Source: Alphaproteobacteria bacterium (GTDB lineage: Bacteria > Pseudomonadota > Alphaproteobacteria > Rickettsiales > UBA3002). Taken from it: a DNA stretch of 64,000 nucleotides. Position numbers and translations under genes: made by a program. Positions 59,012 to 64,000 of this stretch are shown one piece after another (positions within the stretch are counted from its first letter, which is position 1; every line of letters starts with the position of its first letter). Location of the stretch: positions 12,999-76,998 of the forward strand of contig JBBCHK010000008.1 of assembly GCA_037200745.1 (NCBI GenBank), in the 5' to 3' direction. The notes under the pieces were generated by a model. That model had not been told where the DNA came from, made no database searches, and was given only the letters and a program-made list of their open reading frames with translations.

Positions 59012-61165
59012 ATGGCTGACGTGCCCGCCACAGCGACCTTCGCGTCGCGCATGAACATGACGTCGATGCGCGCCGGCGTGCGCGTCGGCGCGCGGCGCTC
59101 GGACATCATGTTCGCGCTGGGCGTCATCGGCATCCTGACGGTGCTGGTGCTGCCGGTGCCGCCGATGATGCTCGACCTGCTGCTGTCGACCTCGATCACC
59201 ATCTCGGTGCTGATCCTGCTCACCGCGCTGTTCGTCAACAAGCCGCTCGACCTCTCCGCCTTCCCCACCATCCTGCTCATCTCGACGATGCTGCGCCTGT
59301 CGCTCAACATCGCCTCGGTGCGGCTTATCCTGAGTCACGGCCACGAAGGACCGGCGGCGGCGGGCCACGTCATCCAGGCGTTCGGCGGCTTCGTCGCGGC
59401 GGGATCGGTGCTGATCGGCGCCATCGTCTTCGGCATCCTGACCATCATCAACTTCGTCGTCATCACCAAGGGCTCGGGGCGCATCGCCGAGGTCAGCGCG
59501 CGCTTCAGCTTGGACGCGATGCCCGGCAAGCAGATGGCCATCGACGCCGACCTCTCCTCCGGCCTCATCGACGAGAAGGAGGCGCGCCGCCGCCGCAAGG
59601 AGCTCGAGGACGAGAGCAGCTTCTACGGCGCCATGGACGGCGCCAGCAAGTTCGTGCGCGGCGACGCGGTGGCCGGGCTGCTCATCACCTTCATCAACCT
59701 CATCGGCGGCATGGTCATCGGCGTCGTCATCAACGGCATGCATTTTTCCGAGGCGGTCGATACCTACACCAAGCTCACCATCGGCGACGGGCTGGTCTCG
59801 CAAATTCCAGCGCTCATCGTCTCCACCGCCGCCGGCATGCTCGTCACCAAGGCGGGCGTCGACGGCTCGTCCGACAAGGCGGTGCTCGGCCAGCTTTCGC
59901 GCATGCCGGCGCCGCTCGGCATCACCAGCTTCCTGCTCATCTCCTTCGCCATCCTGCCGGGCATTCCCTTCGCGCCGTTCTTCGCGCTGTCCTCGCTGAC
60001 CGGCTACCTCGCCTTCACCCTCAACAAGAACAACAAGCTGAAGAAGCAGGCGGCGACCAATGTCGGCGGCGTTCCCGGCGCGCCCGGTGTCGCGGGCATC
60101 CCCGGCCAGCCCGGCGCGGCGGTCTCCGACGAGAAAATCTCCGACACGCTGCAGATCGATTCGCTGCGCCTGGAGCTCGGATATGGGCTGCTGCCGCTCA
60201 TCAACTACCAGAAGGGCCACCGGCTGACCGAGCAGATCAAGGCGCTGCGCAAGCAGGTCGCGCGCGAGCTCGGCTTCGTCATGCCGCCGGTGCGCATCCA
60301 GGACAATATGCAGCTTCCCGCCAACACCTATGTGGTGAAGGTGAAAGAGGTCGAGATCGCGCGCGGCGACATCCGCCCCGACATGCTGCTGGTGATGGAC
60401 CCGTCCGGCAACAAGATCACCCTGCCCGGCGAGGAGACCATCGAGCCCACCTTCGGCCTTCCCGCCATGTGGGTGACGGAGAACTACCGCGAGGAAGCGC
60501 TGTTCCGCAACTACACCGTCGTCGACCCGCCCACCGTCATCACCACGCATTTGACCGAGGTGGTGAAGGACAACATGTCCGACCTGCTCTCCTATGCCGA
60601 AACGCAGAAGCTGCTCGACGACCTCAGCAAGGAGGAGCAGAAGCTCATCTCCGAAACGATCCCCTCGCAAATTTCGGTCTCCGGCGTGCAGCGCGTGCTG
60701 CAGAACCTGCTCGGCGAGCTCGTTTCCGTCCGCGACCTGCCGACCATCATGGAGGCCATCGCCGAATCGTCGCGCGTCACGCAGAACATCACCATCATCA
60801 CCGAGCACGTACGCATGCGCCTCGCCCGGCAGATTTCGCACGCGAACACCAACGAGGAAGGTTATATCAGCATCCTCGCGCTGTCGCCCGCGTGGGAGCA
60901 GAGCTTCATCGAAGCGCTCACGGGCGATGGCGAGGAGAAGATCCTCTCCATGCCGCCGACGCGCATCCAGGAATTCATCACCGCGACGCGCACGAAATAC
61001 GAACAGCTCGCCATGCAGGGCGAGCTGCCGGTGCTGCTGACCTCGCCGTCGATCCGCCCCTACGTGCGCTCGATCGTCGAGCGTTTCCGCCCGCAGACGG
61101 TGGTGCTGTCGCAGAACGAGATCCACGCCAAGGCGCGCATTAAAACGGTGGGGCAATTGCAATGA
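59012..61165 (+). CDS. flhA: flagellar export apparatus protein FlhA
   Basis: Intact 717 aa. FPTILLISTMLRLSLNIASVRLIL, DAMPGKQMAIDADL. Confidence 0.95.
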   Translation: MADVPATATFASRMNMTSMRAGVRVGARRSDIMFALGVIGILTVLVLPVPPMMLDLLLSTSITISVLILLTALFVNKPLDLSAFPTILLISTMLRLSLNIASVRLILSHGHEGPAAAGHVIQAFGGFVAAGSVLIGAIVFGILTIINFVVITKGSGRIAEVSARFSLDAMPGKQMAIDADLSSGLIDEKEARRRRKELEDESSFYGAMDGASKFVRGDAVAGLLITFINLIGGMVIGVVINGMHFSEAVDTYTKLTIGDGLVSQIPALIVSTAAGMLVTKAGVDGSSDKAVLGQLSRMPAPLGITSFLLISFAILPGIPFAPFFALSSLTGYLAFTLNKNNKLKKQAATNVGGVPGAPGVAGIPGQPGAAVSDEKISDTLQIDSLRLELGYGLLPLINYQKGHRLTEQIKALRKQVARELGFVMPPVRIQDNMQLPANTYVVKVKEVEIARGDIRPDMLLVMDPSGNKITLPGEETIEPTFGLPAMWVTENYREEALFRNYTVVDPPTVITTHLTEVVKDNMSDLLSYAETQKLLDDLSKEEQKLISETIPSQISVSGVQRVLQNLLGELVSVRDLPTIMEAIAESSRVTQNITIITEHVRMRLARQISHANTNEEGYISILALSPAWEQSFIEALTGDGEEKILSMPPTRIQEFITATRTKYEQLAMQGELPVLLTSPSIRPYVRSIVERFRPQTVVLSQNEIHAKARIKTVGQLQ

Positions 61166-61188
61166 GGCACGTAACACATCCCCTTCCT

Positions 61189-61278
61189 GTCATTCCCGCG
61201 AAGGCGGGAATCCAGCCCTTCTTCACTACTATTAAGCGGCGCTTCGCGCGTCTGGATTCCCGCCTTCGCGGGAATGAC
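61189..61278. repeat. family B repeat (flhA-flhF gap)
   Basis: GTCATTCCCGCGAAGGCGGGAATCCAG ... CTGGATTCCCGCCTTCGCGGGAATGAC. Confidence 0.85.
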
Positions 61279-61295
61279 AAGGCTGGAGTGCTTGC

Positions 61296-62324
61296 ATGAA
61301 AATGAAGCAGATCAGCGCCAGGAACATGCAGGAGGCGATGACGATCGCCAAGCGCGAGCTCGGCGACGACGCAGTGCTGCTCGACAACCGCAAGGTCGCC
61401 GGCGGCGGCGTTTCCGTCACCTTCGCGGTGGAGGAGGACGATTCGGCGCTGCTCATCGAGGACCCGGCCGATATCCTCCCGTTCTCGCCGAACATCGCGC
61501 GCTCCGCCGCCGGCGGCATCGAGACCAGGCACCCCGCGCTCGACCTCATCACGCAGGCGCTGGAGCTGCACAACGTGCCGCTGTCGCTTTCCGAGCGCAT
61601 CCTGCGCCGCGCCGCGCAGGCGCGCTTCACGCCCGACGCGCTGATCGACACCGCCGAGGCCGCGCTCGCCGAGGCGCTCGCCGATATCCTCGTCTTCCGG
61701 CCCATCGCCACCGGCGCCGAGCCGCCGAAGCGCGCGCTGATGCTGGTCGGCGCCTATGGCGCGGGCAAGACCTCGGCGCTCGCCAAGCTGGCCACCGAGC
61801 TGACGCTGGCCAAACAGCGCGTCGTCCTCGTCTCCAGCGACAACGAGCGCATGGGCGCGCTCGACACGCTCGACGGGCTGTCGAAAATCCTGAAATGCGA
61901 ATTCTGCGTCGCCGAGAATCGCGCGACGCTGAAGCCCATCCTGAAAAGCACCGTCGGCAAGGCGTGGGTGCTGATCGACACCAGCGGCGTCAATATCTAC
62001 GAGTTCAAGCAGCTCAAGGGCCTCGGCGAGCTCGGCACGCTGGCGGACGTCGAGCCCATCCTCACCTGCCCCGCCGGTATCGACGCGCACGAGGCGCAGG
62101 AAATGGCGGGTGTGCTGAGCTTCCTCGACATCGAGCGCATGGTGGTCACCCGCGTCGACGCGGCGCGGCGCCTCTCCAGCGTCTTCGCCGCGCTGGCGAC
62201 CGGCGGGCTGGCGCTCGCCAACCAGTCGAGCTCGGCGTCCCCGTCCGACGCCTGCACGCCGATCTCCGCCCCCCTCCTCGCCCGGCTGATGCTGCGCGAG
62301 GCCCGCGAGAAGCTGACGCAATGA
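61296..62324 (+). CDS. flhF: flagellar biosynthesis GTPase FlhF
   Basis: SRP-type GTPase motifs GAYGAGKT, DTSG and TRVD. Confidence 0.85.
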   Translation: MKMKQISARNMQEAMTIAKRELGDDAVLLDNRKVAGGGVSVTFAVEEDDSALLIEDPADILPFSPNIARSAAGGIETRHPALDLITQALELHNVPLSLSERILRRAAQARFTPDALIDTAEAALAEALADILVFRPIATGAEPPKRALMLVGAYGAGKTSALAKLATELTLAKQRVVLVSSDNERMGALDTLDGLSKILKCEFCVAENRATLKPILKSTVGKAWVLIDTSGVNIYEFKQLKGLGELGTLADVEPILTCPAGIDAHEAQEMAGVLSFLDIERMVVTRVDAARRLSSVFAALATGGLALANQSSSASPSDACTPISAPLLARLMLREAREKLTQ

Positions 62325-62343
62325 GTAAAAATAAAACAATGTC

Positions 62344-62419
62344 GTCATGCTCGGTTGCGCATCGCGCAATCCGGGCATCCATGGATCCCCGGACAAGGCT
62401 CCGCCTTGCCGAGGATGAC
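62344..62419. repeat. family C repeat (flhF-flhG gap)
   Basis: GTCATGCTCGGTTGCGCATCGCGCAATCCGGGCATCCATGGATCCCCGGACAAGGCTCCGCCTTGCCGAGGATGAC. Confidence 0.8.
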
Positions 62420-62433
62420 GAAAAGGAGGAATC

Positions 62434-63213
62434 ATGAGCGAACCCGCACCCAGCATCGCGCCGTTGCGCGGCGAGAACATCATCGCGGTGGCGTCCGGCA
62501 AGGGCGGCGTCGGCAAGACGTGGTTCTCGATCACGCTGGCGCATCTCTTCGCGCGCTCGGGACGGCGCACGCTGCTGTTCGACGGCGATATCGGCCTCGC
62601 CAACGTCGACGTCCAGCTCGGGCTGACGCCGGTGCGCGACCTGGGCGCCGTCTTCGCCGGCACGGTGGCGATGAAGGACGCGATCACCCCCTACGCGGCG
62701 GGGAATTTCGACATCCTCGCCGGCCGCTCGGGCTCGACCGCGCTCGCCTCGCTGAGCGCGGGCCGCATGCAGCCGGCGGCGGAACAGCTCGTCGCGCTCT
62801 CGGCGAGCTACGACAACGTCGTCATCGACCTCGGCGCGGGCATCGAGCAGCACGTGCAGGTGATGTCGTCGCTCGCCTCGCGCATCATCGTCGTCATCAC
62901 CGACGAGCCGACCTCGCTGACCGACGCCTACGCCTTCATCAAGCTCGCCACCGCGCGCGAGAACGCGCCGAGGATCGAGATCGTCGTCAACCAGGCGGCG
63001 TCGCAGAAAGAGGGCGAGGTCACCTACCAGACCATGAACCGCGCCTGCACGAATTTCCTGAAATTCTCGCCGGCCCTGCTCGGCGTCATCCGCAAGGACA
63101 ACAAGGTCAAGGACGCGATACGCTCGCAATCCTCGCTGATCGAGAGGGCGCCGCACACCACCGCAGCGACGGACGCGGCGACGATCTCCGTCAAGCTGCT
63201 GCGCAGGGAGTAG
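62434..63213 (+). CDS. flhG: MinD/ParA-type ATPase FlhG (FleN)
   Basis: Deviant Walker A ASGKGGVGKT, in the position after flhF. Confidence 0.85.
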   Translation: MSEPAPSIAPLRGENIIAVASGKGGVGKTWFSITLAHLFARSGRRTLLFDGDIGLANVDVQLGLTPVRDLGAVFAGTVAMKDAITPYAAGNFDILAGRSGSTALASLSAGRMQPAAEQLVALSASYDNVVIDLGAGIEQHVQVMSSLASRIIVVITDEPTSLTDAYAFIKLATARENAPRIEIVVNQAASQKEGEVTYQTMNRACTNFLKFSPALLGVIRKDNKVKDAIRSQSSLIERAPHTTAATDAATISVKLLRRE

Positions 63214-63219
63214 CGTTCC

Positions 63220-64000
63220 GTGGCCGATCCGCTCGCAGCACCGGCCATCAATCCGACCATCAGCGTGCGTCCGCTGGCCGCCTCGGCGCCGGAGCGCGAT
63301 TCGCAGGGCATCCCCCCGGCGCTCGCCGGCGTGGCGAACGGCACCACCGTCGAGGGCTTCGTCGTCAACCGCGATGCGCAGAACAACCCCGTGCTGCGCA
63401 CGCCGCTGGGCGACCTCGTCATCCAGAGCGACGTGTTCCTCAAGACCGGCAGCCAGGTCGTCTTCCGCGTCGACGCCACGCAGGCCTCGCGCGCGCGCAT
63501 CGTCAGCATCGACGGGCTGAGCCCGGCCGATTACGCTGGCCAGCAGACGCGCGCACCTTCCTCCGACAGCATCACGCAAACGCCGCTGCCCACCGGTGCC
63601 CCGGCGGCGGAAGAGCCGGCGGCAAGCGCCGAGCAGGCGCCCGCGCAGCCGCTCGAAGCGCTTTTATTGTCGCCGGCAACTCCGGCGAAGACCGCGACGC
63701 CGCCTATAGGCACACCGGCTGCCCTCGCGCCTTTGCCGCTGGCCGCCGCTGCCGCGAATACATCGGCAAAACTTCCACCGGCGCTCGCCGCATTGCCGGC
63801 AGGAAGCGCATTGCAGATCATCATAAAGACGGTTCAACTGCCGACAGAGCAGCCTTTGCCGCCTGCTGCCGTCGTTCCCCTAGCGCCACAGGCCGCATCG
63901 GCGGCGCAGCCCGTACGCGTGCTCGCCCAGCCGGTCATGGGTGCGCCGCTGCCGGAGCCCGTGCCGGAAGCATCGGTGACTGTTCCTGCCGCGCCCTCGC
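63220..64000 (+). CDS. Pro/Ala-rich protein, partial (runs off the window end)
   Basis: Own reading: GTG at 63220, 7 nt after the flhG stop, with an open frame to 64000 (VADPLAAPAINPTISVRPLAAS..VVNRDAQNNPVLRTPLGDLVIQSDVFLKTGSQVVFRVD.. then a P/A-rich tract). Not in the ORF track because it is open-ended. Confidence 0.45.
   Translation, partial: MADPLAAPAINPTISVRPLAASAPERDSQGIPPALAGVANGTTVEGFVVNRDAQNNPVLRTPLGDLVIQSDVFLKTGSQVVFRVDATQASRARIVSIDGLSPADYAGQQTRAPSSDSITQTPLPTGAPAAEEPAASAEQAPAQPLEALLLSPATPAKTATPPIGTPAALAPLPLAAAAANTSAKLPPALAALPAGSALQIIIKTVQLPTEQPLPPAAVVPLAPQAASAAQPVRVLAQPVMGAPLPEPVPEASVTVPAAPS

Noticed and set aside
61140-62687. 515-aa minus-strand ORF spanning flhF, two repeats and the start of flhG.
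   Set aside because: It runs antisense through FlhF GTPase motifs and through palindromic repeats, which lack stops in several frames. It is a shadow ORF.

Overview
High-GC (about 65%) alphaproteobacterial chromosome segment, mostly housekeeping genes in a familiar order. On the minus strand: pnp-rpsO-truB-rbfA-infB-ylxR-nusA-rimP, then a 2-gene low-GC islet, then trmB-metK-XRE-lnt-corC-ybeY-phoH. Next come two tandem CgeB-like glycosyltransferase paralogs coupled to tsaB. After that: a full biotin locus (bioD-bioC-bioH-like-bioF diverging from bioB-bioA), pepF, and an ISC cluster (iscR, nifS-like, iscS, iscU, iscA, hscB, hscA, fdx) with cysE. Further on: anmK/tyrS, an AsmA/YhdP-like gene, DUF1501, an aldo-keto reductase, DUF3309, DUF2252, tRNA-Ser(GGA), an M17 aminopeptidase and MarR. 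The window ends with a flagellar cluster (fliF, fliG, fliH, fliN, flbD, flhA, flhF, flhG). Three things stand out. (1) An approximately 165-nt structured 5' leader RNA occurs twice (18070-18237 on +, 51013-51180 on -). Every helix is kept by compensatory base changes, and each copy ends in a hairpin that buries the Shine-Dalgarno of the downstream gene. I did not recognise it as a known riboswitch class, and it is my best candidate for something undescribed. (2) At least 20 copies of GTCAT...ATGAC palindromic MITE/REP-like repeats fall into several families. Some fill whole intergenic gaps, one supplies a start codon, one is translated inside trmB, and one pair flanks a small low-GC gene. (3) Apparent frameshifts are very numerous but come in blocks (dense at 0.3-16.5 kb and 37.4-54.2 kb, none seen at 16.9-37.4 kb or 54.2-63.2 kb). 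The four I resolved to the nucleotide are 1-nt indels in short homopolymers, and essential genes (infB, nusA, metK, tyrS) are hit. I therefore read them as consensus errors rather than pseudogenes. I found no CRISPR array, transposase, integrase or recognisable defence system.
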